Below, piece after piece: positions 11,975-22,712 of a stretch of DNA of 60,810 nucleotides. The notes under the pieces were generated by a model. It worked only from the letters and a program-made list of their open reading frames with translations. It was not told the origin of the DNA and did no database searches. The stretch comes from Gammaproteobacteria bacterium (lineage in GTDB: Bacteria; Pseudomonadota; Gammaproteobacteria; GCA-001735895), in contig JBNMQI010000001.1 in NCBI GenBank assembly GCA_051277905.1, forward strand, positions 1 to 60,810. Reading direction: 5' to 3'. Both the position numbers and the translations under genes were made by a program. Every line of letters begins with the position of its first letter. The stretch's first letter is position 1.

Positions 11975-12673
11975 CTATACTGAAAGAGCGGCTAACAATT
12001 TTTTTGCAGCCAGTTCTGAGCTAGCGGGGTTTTGGCCAGTGATTAGCAAACCATCTTGGACCGCGAATGCACTCCAGTCCGCGACTTTCTGAAATTCTCC
12101 GCCACGTTTAACCAATTCATCTTCTAACAAGAAAGGTACAACATCGGTCAACTGCACGGCCTCTTCTTCACTATTGGTAAAGCCGGTGATGACTTTGCCT
12201 TTGACAACATACTCACCGTCACTGTCTTTAATATTTAAGAATGCGGCCGTTGCATGGCAGACCGCAGCAGCCGGTTTATTCGCCGTTAAGAAATCTTCAA
12301 TTAGCGCGATAGAATCCGTGTTCTCTGGCAAGTCCCATAATGGACCATGTCCACCTGGGTAAAATACGGCGTCATAGTCGGCGGCATTCATATCGGCCAG
12401 CTTTGCAGTATTGGCTACTAAAGCCTTTGCTGCAGAATCGGCATCAAAGCGATGCGTGGATGGGGTTTGGAAGTCAGCCAATTCGCTTTTGGGATCCACC
12501 GGGGGCTGGCCGCCTGCGGGGGATGCAAGTGTTACCTGAACACCGGCATCGACAAACGCGTAGTAAGGGGCGGCGAACTCTTCTACCCAGAATCCGGTCT
12601 TCTCGCCCGTGTTGCCTAGGTCTGCATGAGAGGTAATGACCATTAATACTCGTTTAGTGCTTGAATCAACCAT
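11975..12673 (-). CDS. DJ-1/PfpI family (type 1 glutamine amidotransferase-like) protein
   Basis: 232 aa with ..YDAVFYPGGHGPLWDL.. and ..AAVCHATAAF.. (nucleophile-elbow Cys). Confidence 0.8.
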   Translation of the reverse strand: MVDSSTKRVLMVITSHADLGNTGEKTGFWVEEFAAPYYAFVDAGVQVTLASPAGGQPPVDPKSELADFQTPSTHRFDADSAAKALVANTAKLADMNAADYDAVFYPGGHGPLWDLPENTDSIALIEDFLTANKPAAAVCHATAAFLNIKDSDGEYVVKGKVITGFTNSEEEAVQLTDVVPFLLEDELVKRGGEFQKVADWSAFAVQDGLLITGQNPASSELAAKKLLAALSV

Positions 12674-12818
12674 GTTGTCGTCTCGTCTATTTAGTGGGTT
12701 AGCACCGCACCACGTGTATTGCGATGCTGAATCGTTAGAACCAGTGTATGCCTATGTTTTGGATCGAACAATACGGATAAAATTGAACACATTGGTTTAA
12801 AATTTGATACAATTGGGT

Positions 12819-13730
12819 ATGAATTTATCGATTGAACAACTCAAAAGCATGGTGATTTTTGCTCAGGTCGTTGAGCAGGGTAACCTGACCGAAGCCGCCA
12901 AGCATGTCGGTCTATCACGTGCTGTCGTCAGCTATCACATTAAAAAGCTAGAATCTCAGTTAGGAGTGAAGTTACTCAATCGCTCGACGCGTTCTGTCGC
13001 GCTAACCGAAGCAGGTGCTGAGTATTACCAGTCATGCCGAATCATTGCGGAACAAGCCTCGATCGCAAATCAGAAAATGGAAAATCTCAAAAATGAACCG
13101 GAAGGACTTTTAAAAATAACGTGTCCGGTGAATTTCGGTTTACAAATGGTGGTGCCAGCGTTGAATGATTTTCGCCGCCTGTACCCTAAGATTGAATTAG
13201 ATGTGATGCTGACCGATGAGGTGGTTAACATCATGCAAGAAGGCATTGACCTAGCGATTAGGGGTGCGCCTCTGCCTGATTCTGGATTACAAGCAAGCAA
13301 GCTATCAAGGTTACCTACCTGTCTATGCGGCTCGCCCGAGTACTTTAAAAAACACGGTCGCCCGACCACCCCAGCAGAGCTAGAACGACATGCTTGGGTT
13401 ATTTATAAGTTAACGTCCGGCGTTATAGAATTAAATAAAGGTAGCAGTTCCTACAGCGTTGCCGTCAAAGGCTGCATTAGCACGAACAACGCAGCAGCGC
13501 GCACCGCCTTTATCGTTGGCGGCCATGGCTTGGGGAAGATTCCGCTTTATGATGCATGGCCAAAAATTCAAGCCGGTTTGTTAGAGTCAGTGTTAGACGA
13601 CTATCAACTAAGCAGTATTGATATCTATGGTATTTTTCCTCCGGGCAGTGCCAGCTCGAAAAAGCTACGGCTCTTGCTGGATTACCTCAAGGTTTACTTC
13701 GCAAAGTCACTCGCCCTGATAAATCCCTAG
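12819..13730 (+). CDS. LysR family transcriptional regulator, divergent from the detox operon
   Basis: N-terminal HTH ..FAQVVEQGNLTEAAKHVGLSRAVVSYHIKKLESQLGVKLLNRSTR.. plus a LysR substrate-binding-like C-terminus. First ATG at 12819 (the track uses TTG 12804). Confidence 0.9.
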   Translation: MNLSIEQLKSMVIFAQVVEQGNLTEAAKHVGLSRAVVSYHIKKLESQLGVKLLNRSTRSVALTEAGAEYYQSCRIIAEQASIANQKMENLKNEPEGLLKITCPVNFGLQMVVPALNDFRRLYPKIELDVMLTDEVVNIMQEGIDLAIRGAPLPDSGLQASKLSRLPTCLCGSPEYFKKHGRPTTPAELERHAWVIYKLTSGVIELNKGSSSYSVAVKGCISTNNAAARTAFIVGGHGLGKIPLYDAWPKIQAGLLESVLDDYQLSSIDIYGIFPPGSASSKKLRLLLDYLKVYFAKSLALINP

Positions 13731-13946
13731 CGTCATACCGTGTGCTGATATGTCGCACAAAATGCAAAATAGCTGATCATTTGAAAAACTAATTAATGAA
13801 GATGATTTCACGACTACTTATCGAACAAAATTACTACTAGAATGAATACAGCCCTAAGTGAATTTTCTAAAATTTTGTTCCGAACCCTAATCCCATCAAG
13901 CAGTCATATGGCGTCTATCATATTTGCCATACAAGGATTTCCCTAC

Positions 13947-15167
13947 ATGCCGTTTTTTTGCCGTATCGTGTTTTTATGGACTTTGTTTTTGGGTGTTTCT
14001 GTCAATAATGTATACGCCACCGAACTTGCTGATGACGAAGACATTGTTATCAGCGAGGTAGACGAAAAATCCATTATTGCAGAAGAGCCTGTGTTGGATA
14101 TGCAGGCTTTAGAAACCTCCGTGGAGATTCAAGCTGTAGCCTTGCAGTTATTAGGTGAAGAGGTTTTGCCTGGAAAGTTTATGCCTCTGAACTGGAGCCC
14201 CGAACAATCTTTTCAGAGCCTTAATACACCCGTACCTGTGCTGGTTGCCCACGGTGCAAACCGTGGCCCAGTAATGTGTTTAACGGCGGCAATTCACGGC
14301 GATGAATTAAATGGCATTGAAATGATTCGACGCCTGATTTATCAACTTGATCCAGAAAAAATGAACGGCACTGTCATAGGCATTCCTATCGTGAATTTGG
14401 ATGGCTTTCGTCGTGGTAGTCGCTATTTAGCCGATCGTCGTGATCTCAACCGCCACTTCCCCGGCAGCCCGAAAGGCAGTGCTGCTGATCGCATGGCGTA
14501 TTCGTTATTTCACAATGTTATTCGCCATTGCGAGTATTTGGTTGACCTGCATACCGGTTCGTTAAAACGCACTAACTTGCCACAAATTCGTGGTGATTTA
14601 GGGAGTGAAACAGTATTCGATTTTAGCCGCCATTTTGGTGGTATTACCGTATTACATGGCGTCGGCGCAGAAGGCACCTTACGACGCGCTGCTGAAAATA
14701 TAGGTATTCCAGCGATAACGCTCGAAGCGGGTGGGCCAAATCAATTGGATAAAAGTTCTGTCGATGCTGGGCTTAAGGCACTCGAAACCCTGTTGCAGAA
14801 TCTGGGTATTCAGCCAACGCTGCGGTTTTGGGGTTCTCCTCAACCGGTTTTTTATCAGTCGCATTGGATACGCGCCGATCAAAGCGGAATACTCATATCC
14901 TCAGTTGAGTTGGGTGATAAGGTTAAAAAAGGCGATGTACTTGGAATTGTGACCGATCCAATGACCAATACCGGCACTAAAATAATAGCGACATTTAATG
15001 GCCGTATTTTAGGCATGGCGTTTAATCAGGTCGTACAAACCGGTTTTGCTGCGTATCACGTCGGCGTCGAAAAAGAACCCGAAGCGGTGAAAGAAGAAGT
15101 GCTCATTGAAGGCGAAAAAATCGACAAGCCAGAGGCGCTGCTAGAAAGCAAAATAGAGCAGGAGTGA
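13947..15167 (+). CDS. Succinylglutamate desuccinylase/aspartoacylase (AstE/AspA, M14-like) family protein, secreted
   Basis: ..LTAAIHGDELNGIEMIRRL.. and ..DLHTGS.. zinc-site motifs. Start set at ATG 13947 (AAGGA 10 nt upstream), which yields the signal peptide MPFFCRIVFLWTLFLGVSVNNVYA. Confidence 0.8.
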   Translation: MPFFCRIVFLWTLFLGVSVNNVYATELADDEDIVISEVDEKSIIAEEPVLDMQALETSVEIQAVALQLLGEEVLPGKFMPLNWSPEQSFQSLNTPVPVLVAHGANRGPVMCLTAAIHGDELNGIEMIRRLIYQLDPEKMNGTVIGIPIVNLDGFRRGSRYLADRRDLNRHFPGSPKGSAADRMAYSLFHNVIRHCEYLVDLHTGSLKRTNLPQIRGDLGSETVFDFSRHFGGITVLHGVGAEGTLRRAAENIGIPAITLEAGGPNQLDKSSVDAGLKALETLLQNLGIQPTLRFWGSPQPVFYQSHWIRADQSGILISSVELGDKVKKGDVLGIVTDPMTNTGTKIIATFNGRILGMAFNQVVQTGFAAYHVGVEKEPEAVKEEVLIEGEKIDKPEALLESKIEQE

Positions 15168-15184
15168 GTGCACGGGATTATTTT

Positions 15185-15203
15185 GCCCTGAAAATTTCAG
15201 GGC
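15185..15203. terminator. Hairpin between convergent genes (possible bidirectional terminator)
   Basis: GCCCTGAAA-a-TTTCAGGGC, with T-rich sequence on the left side. Confidence 0.45.
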
Positions 15204-15237
15204 TTCCTGAGACATAACAATGAATACTTAGTGCTTT

Positions 15238-17253
15238 TTATCGGTCATCTCTATTAGAAAAACTCTCGCGCAGACGAGTAATCCAATCTCCTAATGTCTG
15301 TATCGCCGCGTTGCCTTTACCTAACAGTTCATGCATTTCTTCTTCAAACCGAGTTTGTTTAGAATCTTCGGTTTCCGGTAACGGCGGTAGAACATGCGCA
15401 AAGTAGGTTTTATCGAGTAGGCGGTGCAATAAGCGTTCACCGATAAAGGGCTTGCCGTTGTTCAGTGCTCGTGCGCCTTTTAGCATGTGACGAATATCGT
15501 ACTGGGTGGGGTTAATATCTGGAACTTGCTTAGGAATATTGAGCAATTTATACACACCAATGCGAGCGGTGCGGATAGATGCTTCCATGGTGAAAATAAT
15601 ATCGTTACGTGTTTCCACAAACTGGCCAATCAAACCTAAATTGGTGCAGCCTTCTGGTACAGGGTGAGGGCGATCACCTGCCGCGCGAGTCATAAATTGC
15701 GCGGTAATATAAGGCATCAGCGCGAGACGTATTTTGGTATTAGCAATTACCGCTTCTAGTTGATCGCTTATGCCTAGGTGATAACAAAGCTCCGCGAGTA
15801 TTTCTTTACCAGTACATTGCGACATCGTTTTTGGGACGCAGTTACCTTGCTTATCCATCAGCAAACCATACACCCAAAGTACCAAGGTATCGTCTGGCTG
15901 GTCAGGAAAATGCGGTTGACGGTTGCAAGTAACACTCATTAACCAATTTGAATCGGTAAAAGTGATAATACCGCCAGTGACAGTGCGACCAGAATAAGGG
16001 TCGTTAACGGATAAGGTTTTAATTTTGTCTATTAGTGGGGATGGTTTACACGTGAGTGTGGCGGACTCCCAAATAGATTTATCGACATCACCGTAAAATT
16101 TCTCGGGTTTGCCAAATACGGGCGATTTTTGCGCGAGGTTTTTCCATAACGACCAACCGCTATTCTCGCCCGGATCATGCTTATCACATGCGAGTTTAGG
16201 TATTGTGTCCATATCGCCATAGGCTGTGTGTTCCGTCATAGAGCCTGTCAGTGCCAAGACAAGATCCTCGGCTTCCACGTCAATTCTTAAATCTTCTTTT
16301 TCATCTTCCTTGCCCTTCTTAATAGTAACCACGCCGTGAATAGCGGTAACGACTTTTTTCTCACTCGAGAACTTAATATCAAGATCGTGTATGCAAGTAT
16401 TGAATTTAAATACTACGCCTTTTTCGCGTAAAAAATTTGTCAGCGGTTTGATAAAAGTATCGTATTGATTGTATTTAGGGAAAACCAATGCTGACATATC
16501 GCCAAAACCGTCAATGGCATCAAGGAAACGATGTAAATACAGTTTTGTCTCTAACAAACTATGACAGTTCTTAAAGGCAAACATGGAGCGGAATAAAAAC
16601 CAAAAATTAGTTCGTAGAAAGCCAGTGCTGAAATACTCTTCGATACTGATATCGTCTAACGTTTCTTTGCGTTTCAGTATCAGGCGAATTAACTCCCATT
16701 GCTGTGATTTACTTAAACCAAAGTCATTAGCATCTAAAAGCTCACCGCATTTATGCATTAAACGCGCTTTCGAATAGTTTGGATCGTTGTCATTGATCAA
16801 ACGATATTCATCAAGTACGGAGTAGCCGTCTGGCAGCTCTACTGCAGGGATATCCTGGAAGAGATCCCAAAGGGTATCGTAATTCCAATTCATCTCGCGG
16901 CCACCACGAATGATATAACCATCTTCTGGATTGCCAGCGCCATCCATAGAGCCGCCTTCGATATCCATTTCTTCTAATATGGTAATGTTCGCCGCAGGCA
17001 TATGAGCGTCGCGAATAAGATAAAACGCCGCCGCTAGGCCACCGATCCCACCACCAATAATCCATGCCTTACGCTTCTTGATGCCGGGCGTCGGTAAGGT
17101 CTTGTGGCGGGCATATGGCGCAATGTAATCGTAAGGCGGCAAGGTATTTAGCGGTTGATGATGCCAATAATCCCTCGTTGCATCGGGTTCATGCTCAAAT
17201 CCTTCTGGCGCGGTTGCTGTTATAGGAAACTTCGAAATGTCTTCAATACTCAT
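15238..17253 (-). CDS. Oleate hydratase (MCRA family, FAD-dependent)
   Basis: 671 aa with the ..[21 protein letters not shown].. FAD motif. The length and ..GGREM..NY.. pattern are typical of the myosin-cross-reactive-antigen family. Confidence 0.88.
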   Translation of the reverse strand: MSIEDISKFPITATAPEGFEHEPDATRDYWHHQPLNTLPPYDYIAPYARHKTLPTPGIKKRKAWIIGGGIGGLAAAFYLIRDAHMPAANITILEEMDIEGGSMDGAGNPEDGYIIRGGREMNWNYDTLWDLFQDIPAVELPDGYSVLDEYRLINDNDPNYSKARLMHKCGELLDANDFGLSKSQQWELIRLILKRKETLDDISIEEYFSTGFLRTNFWFLFRSMFAFKNCHSLLETKLYLHRFLDAIDGFGDMSALVFPKYNQYDTFIKPLTNFLREKGVVFKFNTCIHDLDIKFSSEKKVVTAIHGVVTIKKGKEDEKEDLRIDVEAEDLVLALTGSMTEHTAYGDMDTIPKLACDKHDPGENSGWSLWKNLAQKSPVFGKPEKFYGDVDKSIWESATLTCKPSPLIDKIKTLSVNDPYSGRTVTGGIITFTDSNWLMSVTCNRQPHFPDQPDDTLVLWVYGLLMDKQGNCVPKTMSQCTGKEILAELCYHLGISDQLEAVIANTKIRLALMPYITAQFMTRAAGDRPHPVPEGCTNLGLIGQFVETRNDIIFTMEASIRTARIGVYKLLNIPKQVPDINPTQYDIRHMLKGARALNNGKPFIGERLLHRLLDKTYFAHVLPPLPETEDSKQTRFEEEMHELLGKGNAAIQTLGDWITRLRESFSNRDDR

Positions 17254-17451
17254 GGCACCGGTTCCTTTCGTTGGTGGCGTTGCTTTGAGTTATGTTGGCA
17301 CAAGTGGAAAAGGTTTGGGGTGAGCTAGATCAAGGGATGGGGGCGAATTAGATTTGAACGGTCTCAATAATCGTTCAGATCGCATACATTGGAATAAAAG
17401 GATTTTAAAGGGTATCTCGTAAGTGCTTACTTACTGTAGATGTCTTGCAGA

Positions 17452-17500
17452 GATGGCCCGCCCGGCAGAATTCGAATCTGCGACCTCTGCCTCCGGAGGG
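17452..17500 (-). repeat. att repeat (left): displaced copy of the 3' 47 nt of tRNA-Arg(CCG) plus 2 nt
   Basis: Identical at 49/49 positions to 53084-53132 by manual alignment. It lacks the 5' 30 nt of the tRNA. Confidence 0.95.
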
Positions 17501-17639
17501 TAATTCATTATAATATACTAAACTACATCCTATTGAATTAAAAGAACTTTTTAGAAAAATATTTCGCCATATGTGACGTCATTTAAGGGTAATTGATAGT
17601 CTTTTGTGTCACATAATTCCGCCCCTATGATTTTGTATT

Positions 17640-18764
17640 TTGACCTCTGCCGCCAGAAAAATTCATTCTGGCGGCAGTAAAAATTACTATGTCGACAGTG
17701 TTGTAATTGAGCAGCGGAGTCAGAGAATTAGGTGTGTTGCATTTAATGGCTTAATTTCAGAAAACAACCTCAGCCCTACCGACGAAGCAAGAAAGTACCT
17801 CTACGCCTTTGTAACAGAAGTGCTGATGAATCCAGCACATGCGGGATTGAAAGAGAAGCTTGCTTCAGAACTAGTGGAAAACTTTTTAGTTGTGCTTAAC
17901 GAAGTTCGGGGAGATCTATCTAAATATGCCCGTGTAACAGATCAACCTGAGCTTGCACGCTACTTCACTCGCGCAATTGAAGCTCTAAATAAGAATGTCG
18001 ATGAGGGGGTTGATAACCTCGCGGATCTGAAGTTTACCTCTGGGCCATTAAAGGTACTGGTCTCGGTGTATGGTGCCGGTGGCATTGATGCGGTGAAAGG
18101 TCTGAGAAATATGAAAGGGTCCAGAAAAGAAGCATTGAACCTATCGTTTGAAGTTACGCTCAGCTACCTAGAAAAAATAGATTACTCGAAGTTCGATGAT
18201 GCAGATCTCGAAGCGATTGGTACGGTCTTCAAGAGATTCGGAGGCAATATCAACGAATCCCAGGGCGCCATTGGTGAAATGCTTACGGTGTTTGCCATGC
18301 AGAAACTTGGGAAGACCGTCTCCAGAATTCAGGAAAGAATTCCAATCACTGGGCCGGGTGGTAAAGTATATGCCCACCGCGTTTCTGATATGTTTATCGA
18401 TGGAGTCTTCGCGGATGTGAAGACCGTGACACCAGAAGGGCTTGCCAAGCTGATGCAGTTTGGTACGCGCCCCGGGGCGGTGATTGAGGACAGCCTTAAG
18501 AAGTCAGGTCAGTTGTTTCGTGATCTGATTGATATGGGAAATAATCCTGACACTAGGAAAATCCTCGTTCTTCCCCCTCATGCTAAAGATCGCGTGAGTG
18601 AAGTTAAAAATGCGATTTTTAATGGCGCGGGGTCGCCGGGTACGAGAAATGAGCTTATGAAAATGTGGGGCCTTGATCCAGGTGACGCAAAGCAAGTCGA
18701 GATATTCGAAACAAAGTTAGAATCTCTAAAAATCAATTTCGAAGTAGTGGTGTTGGACGTATGA
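17640..18764 (+). CDS. Hypothetical protein with C-terminal PD-(D/E)xK-like nuclease signature (putative toxin/effector module)
   Basis: ..QGAIGEML.. then ..VSDMFIDGVFADVK.. (E / D-x9-D-x-K). The track start is TTG, and the first in-frame ATG is at 17826. A hairpin at 17647-17677 lies in the annotated 5' end, so the start is uncertain. Confidence 0.65.
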   Translation: MTSAARKIHSGGSKNYYVDSVVIEQRSQRIRCVAFNGLISENNLSPTDEARKYLYAFVTEVLMNPAHAGLKEKLASELVENFLVVLNEVRGDLSKYARVTDQPELARYFTRAIEALNKNVDEGVDNLADLKFTSGPLKVLVSVYGAGGIDAVKGLRNMKGSRKEALNLSFEVTLSYLEKIDYSKFDDADLEAIGTVFKRFGGNINESQGAIGEMLTVFAMQKLGKTVSRIQERIPITGPGGKVYAHRVSDMFIDGVFADVKTVTPEGLAKLMQFGTRPGAVIEDSLKKSGQLFRDLIDMGNNPDTRKILVLPPHAKDRVSEVKNAIFNGAGSPGTRNELMKMWGLDPGDAKQVEIFETKLESLKINFEVVVLDV

Positions 18765-20140
18765 TTTTTTCAAGTTTTATATCAAGAGTATCGGTTAATT
18801 TATATCGTGAAGAAATCTATATCACCTCTGGTGATATCTATCGCACAGAAAGCTTTTCAATTCATACCGTTATGCCAATTGACAGATACTTGTTCAGCTG
18901 GAATCCGTACTCTTCCGGAAATTATTCTCTCGGTTTTTTAGCTAGTGATAGATCTGGAGGAGATATCTATTCGATAGAATCCAATGAATGGATTAGCAGT
19001 TTTTTACTGTTTCAACTTGATTCGTTTGCCAATTTTTCTATGGAGCCTATCCTGCTCGAGGGTGAGTACTTATATAACATTATGAGATCGAGTGAAGACT
19101 CCACAATAGAGATTACTTTGCCATCTTTTTGGGGTGATAATTATATTGTGACCTTTTATAAAGACAGGAGTGGTAACTTTAGCGATCGTTCTAAAAGATA
19201 CACTGAGATTAGCTTTAGGTCTCTTGATTTGAATGTGATTTGGACGAATTCAGATTATAAATCGGCCTCGTACGGGTCTTCAGGAGATCAACGTTTTTCT
19301 GGTGTTTATGACTTTAATAACTTTATTTGCATAGATAATCATAGTGTTATTTTCGCCCTTGATAAATCCGATGGTAAGGAAGTCTGGCGTTTTGCGCCAG
19401 AAGGGGCTCGTAGCTTTGATGCTTACAATCTTGTCAGTGATGACCTGATTCTGTTTGTAGCAATGAAAACTATTTATCTGCTTAACCCTGAAAATGGTGC
19501 AGTCCTCAATCAAATCGATTTTTCAGAGAAATACAACTATCTGAGAGCGGAATACGACGGCGAATACATTTACATTTTTATCAATGATTCACCGCAGATT
19601 CTGGTGTACGACAAAACATGCTCGACGCTGATTAATCGCATTGATATTCCCGAACCCTACCAATTTATGGCGTTAGAAGTGCCGCATCTGGTCGATGGCG
19701 TTCTCTATGCGTCGCTTAACTGCGCTACCCGTACCTACAACGCCTTAATGACTCTGACTAAAGATGAGTTGCTGGGGAAGACCCCTCTAACCATTGAGTA
19801 TGAAGCACGACCAGAGACCGAAGTCGAATGTGTGAAAAACTCGGATGACTCCGACCACTACGTAGTGACGGTGACGGGTGATAAGCCCGATTGGGTATTC
19901 CGCTATGCCGGAGTCGCGGCGATGGATGTTGTGGCCAAGTACGGCACAGCACCGGTACCCTCGCCAGAATTGAATCAGGACTTTAATGGGTTAATTAAGA
20001 TCCGCATTGGTGGATTGCCGGAAGAAGATCGCACCGATGAGTTCCTTGAGCGTCTTGCTTTTCAGATCGGTAAATCAGCGGCAGACCAACACCACCGAGC
20101 AGGCATCCATAAAATCCGCGCTGAGTGTGAATGGGTATAA
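18761..20140 (+). CDS. Large partner protein 1 (paralogue family, beta-propeller-like repeats inferred)
   Basis: ATGA overlap with the upstream stop. Shares ..LDKSDGKEVWRF.. / ..LNPENGAVL.. repeats and the C-terminal ..PLTIEYE.. region with the 20777 and 22712 products. Confidence 0.8.
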   Translation: MIFSSFISRVSVNLYREEIYITSGDIYRTESFSIHTVMPIDRYLFSWNPYSSGNYSLGFLASDRSGGDIYSIESNEWISSFLLFQLDSFANFSMEPILLEGEYLYNIMRSSEDSTIEITLPSFWGDNYIVTFYKDRSGNFSDRSKRYTEISFRSLDLNVIWTNSDYKSASYGSSGDQRFSGVYDFNNFICIDNHSVIFALDKSDGKEVWRFAPEGARSFDAYNLVSDDLILFVAMKTIYLLNPENGAVLNQIDFSEKYNYLRAEYDGEYIYIFINDSPQILVYDKTCSTLINRIDIPEPYQFMALEVPHLVDGVLYASLNCATRTYNALMTLTKDELLGKTPLTIEYEARPETEVECVKNSDDSDHYVVTVTGDKPDWVFRYAGVAAMDVVAKYGTAPVPSPELNQDFNGLIKIRIGGLPEEDRTDEFLERLAFQIGKSAADQHHRAGIHKIRAECEWV

Positions 20141-20155
20141 TTAAAGGATTAATAA

Positions 20156-20722
20156 ATGTCTGAATTGTCTCTGTCAGCACGAATGACGTTTTCAACACTC
20201 GAAACAGCGGTGGCAGTTAAACATTTATTTCGGCAATGGAATGACAGTGGCAGCTTGCTGGCTGCCTTACTAAAAGAATTCGCAGAGCGAATCCCTCAAG
20301 TAACAGAACTCGGAAAACAACTGGATGCTCTGTTGCAAGAGTTCAAAGAGTCAGACGAGATACGGCTCAGAAACGTTAGTCTGACCTTTATCGGAAATCG
20401 CGATACTCGTTTTTATTACAAATTTTCGCCAGACGACTACACCATCGCAATGCGGTTCACTAATATTGTCATTGAGTGGGTTGCGTCCTTGCCAGCTACC
20501 GAGCAAGTCGTATTAATGACTATCGGCGATGAATATGATTTTACGGTGTACGAGCACGGTAAAACATACAGTGCTGATACCGGTGGTGAACCTAGTTTTT
20601 ATGATTGGATCATGGCGCAGTCTGATGGCGAGCTTCCCGGTGAATCATTTGACCTCCCTATTTGGTACAAAACCTACGAAAAAGACCTTGAAGTAGCGAA
20701 AGTCGCGCTAAGACTTAGTTGA
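20156..20722 (+). CDS. Hypothetical protein (188 aa)
   Basis: ATG at 20156 lies 15 nt after the upstream stop, with AAAGGA upstream. No motif recognised. Confidence 0.6.
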   Translation: MSELSLSARMTFSTLETAVAVKHLFRQWNDSGSLLAALLKEFAERIPQVTELGKQLDALLQEFKESDEIRLRNVSLTFIGNRDTRFYYKFSPDDYTIAMRFTNIVIEWVASLPATEQVVLMTIGDEYDFTVYEHGKTYSADTGGEPSFYDWIMAQSDGELPGESFDLPIWYKTYEKDLEVAKVALRLS

Positions 20723-20777
20723 TCAAGAATTTTTCGATATGGTGGGTGATTTGTACATAGAAATAAGTGATATTTAA
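20712..20777 (+). pseudogene. Vestigial 3' end of a nuclease-module gene (about 21 codons)
   Basis: The frame reads DLVDQEFFDMVGDLYIEISDI*, versus ..NLDKTDEFIKEVMNNFDIKISDI* at 22644-22712. The 22 nt AAATAAGTGATATTTAATGAAA at 20761-20782 are identical to 22696-22717. Confidence 0.55.
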
Positions 20778-22237
20778 TGAAAGCTATTTATTTATCTAAT
20801 GAGCGCGATGAACGTTCTAGGCTAGAAGAAGAGAGTTTGATTTTTGGTGGCCATACTTATGCCTTGAAAGTATGGCGCGATCAACTTAGTTACAACCTGA
20901 TGTCGTATTTACCTGAGTTGGGTTTTCATCGTTGGCGAGAGTCGCCCGCCGGTGATCGATGTTTTTTATCCACAGAGATAACTATGAAGGGAGTCACTGA
21001 GAGTAACGAACTCAGGGTTTATAATGAGGCGTTTGAGCCTTCGACTTATTTCGGCATAGAGTGCGCTAAAAACAACCTCTGGAGTGTCGGCGATATGTAT
21101 ATATCGGATGAGGAAACCACAGACGAATCATATAAAACTATCCATTTTGCCAGATTTTATACCGAACATTCGCATGACCCCTTTTATGAAATCATTGATC
21201 TTTTATCATGTGCTCAACGATATGAGTGCCAGACGCTATTAATTTTCAATAGTTCACGGACACTTATATCTCTTAACGATGATATGACGATTGGGTGGCA
21301 ACGGGTATTTCCTCAAGTGAATGGTTATTTTAAAGGTGATTTTTTTAAGTATAAGAATAATTTTATTGTAAGCGCAGGAACTATGACAGGCCAAGATCAT
21401 AGTGGCCAGCTACTGTACTTAGATGCCGACACCGGTGCTACACTGTGGCAGCGAGATCTTCCATTCAGTATTTATTTTTGTACGATGGTTGGTGATCGAG
21501 TTTACTTATCAAGTCAATGTGATTGGCACTGGTGTGTATTATGCGCCGATACCGGCGACATACTATTGCAAGACAGCTATGTGATTAAACATGAAATGGA
21601 TACAATGGGCTGGCTGTGGGGCGACAGTGGGTATATTTTTTTAAGCTATGGGGAGAATATTCTTCGGATAATGGATGAAGTGACCGGTGAAATCGTGCAA
21701 GACGTACCTATCCCCGAAGACTTTAGTTTGAGTAATACGTCCCACCCTATCGTAAATGATGATTTTATTTATATCCGATTAAGCAATGGGGGGGGGATCG
21801 AAAAAATACATACCTATGGTGGTGTCATAATTTTGCCACGTGAGGAGCTCAAACAAGGCTTTCCACTGACCATTGAAGTTGAAGACAAAGGGGATATTAG
21901 CCATCAAGCCATTGCCGATGGAAAAACTGAATACTACGAAATTACTGCCTCCTATGAAGAGCTTGGCGATGTACTGCGTTTTGGTCAGATAGAAATAAAA
22001 CTTGTTGCCCATCGTTTCGCTTACCATCAGCTAGGAAATTTAGATAATGACTGGAAAACCCGCATTAATAAAAAATTCGATGGACGCATGGTATTTAATG
22101 TCGATAAAGCCAAACTAAAGAACCCTGACGACAGCAAGTTTGATTTGATGGTCGAACTGTTCAATAAACACTTTGCCGAAAAATTCCGCGCCCCAGCGAA
22201 TAAAAAGCCGTTGACGATTGAGTGGCGGTATATTTGA
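20777..22237 (+). CDS. Large partner protein 2 (paralogue family)
   Basis: 486 aa. TAATG coupling to the remnant upstream. ..LDADTGATLWQRDLPF.. and ..CADTGDILLQD.. repeats. The C-terminal 157 aa are nearly identical to the 22712 product. Confidence 0.85.
   Translation: MKAIYLSNERDERSRLEEESLIFGGHTYALKVWRDQLSYNLMSYLPELGFHRWRESPAGDRCFLSTEITMKGVTESNELRVYNEAFEPSTYFGIECAKNNLWSVGDMYISDEETTDESYKTIHFARFYTEHSHDPFYEIIDLLSCAQRYECQTLLIFNSSRTLISLNDDMTIGWQRVFPQVNGYFKGDFFKYKNNFIVSAGTMTGQDHSGQLLYLDADTGATLWQRDLPFSIYFCTMVGDRVYLSSQCDWHWCVLCADTGDILLQDSYVIKHEMDTMGWLWGDSGYIFLSYGENILRIMDEVTGEIVQDVPIPEDFSLSNTSHPIVNDDFIYIRLSNGGGIEKIHTYGGVIILPREELKQGFPLTIEVEDKGDISHQAIADGKTEYYEITASYEELGDVLRFGQIEIKLVAHRFAYHQLGNLDNDWKTRINKKFDGRMVFNVDKAKLKNPDDSKFDLMVELFNKHFAEKFRAPANKKPLTIEWRYI
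21767..22237 (+). repeat. Copy A of 471-bp near-identical direct repeat (3' ends of partner genes 2 and 3)
   Basis: Aligns without gaps to 23699-24169 (offset 1932). Only 6 differences in the last 187 nt by manual alignment. Confidence 0.85.
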
Positions 22238-22256
22238 TTAAGGGGATGATTCATAG

Positions 22257-22712
22257 ATTCGGGGAAAGGAAAAAGCTTACCTAGATGAGCTAGCCAGTAT
22301 TCAAACGACCGTTAAGATTGGGCCAGAAAGCTTTAAGCAATCCCGTATTTATGACTATATCTTGAAAGATGGTTGGCACGTTGATAAAAAAGCGTGGTCA
22401 GTCTCCAATATTCAGAAATACCTGAAGGGTTCGGCTAAAGGCGATATTCTAATCTCGGGTGAAGAAAGCACAGGCCAGCTGTTTCGTGATTTGGTTGCAG
22501 CGGGTAATGGAACTAAAATTCGCTGGAGTTTTGATGCACGGGCAGGGGAGTTAGGTGTGGATAAAATTAAGGAGCTAGTTAGGCAAGGGCTTAAAGAAAA
22601 CATTGATGATATAGCTCAGGTTGCTAAAAAAGATATTAGCAACCTTGATAAAACCGATGAATTCATTAAAGAAGTAATGAATAATTTTGATATTAAAATA
22701 AGTGATATTTAA
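22257..22712 (+). pseudogene. Orphan C-terminal nuclease module (no ATG; TTG at 22362 in track)
   Basis: The open frame from 22257 aligns with the last about 150 aa of the 17640 product: RIYDYILKDGWHVDKK vs RVSDMFIDGVFADVK, TGQLFRDLV vs SGQLFRDLI. The upstream helical/E-motif part is absent. Confidence 0.6.

Noticed and set aside
13842-13946. Track start (13842) of the AstE/AspA-family gene
   Set aside because: ATG 13947 has an AAGGA RBS and yields a canonical signal peptide. The upstream 35 codons look non-coding.
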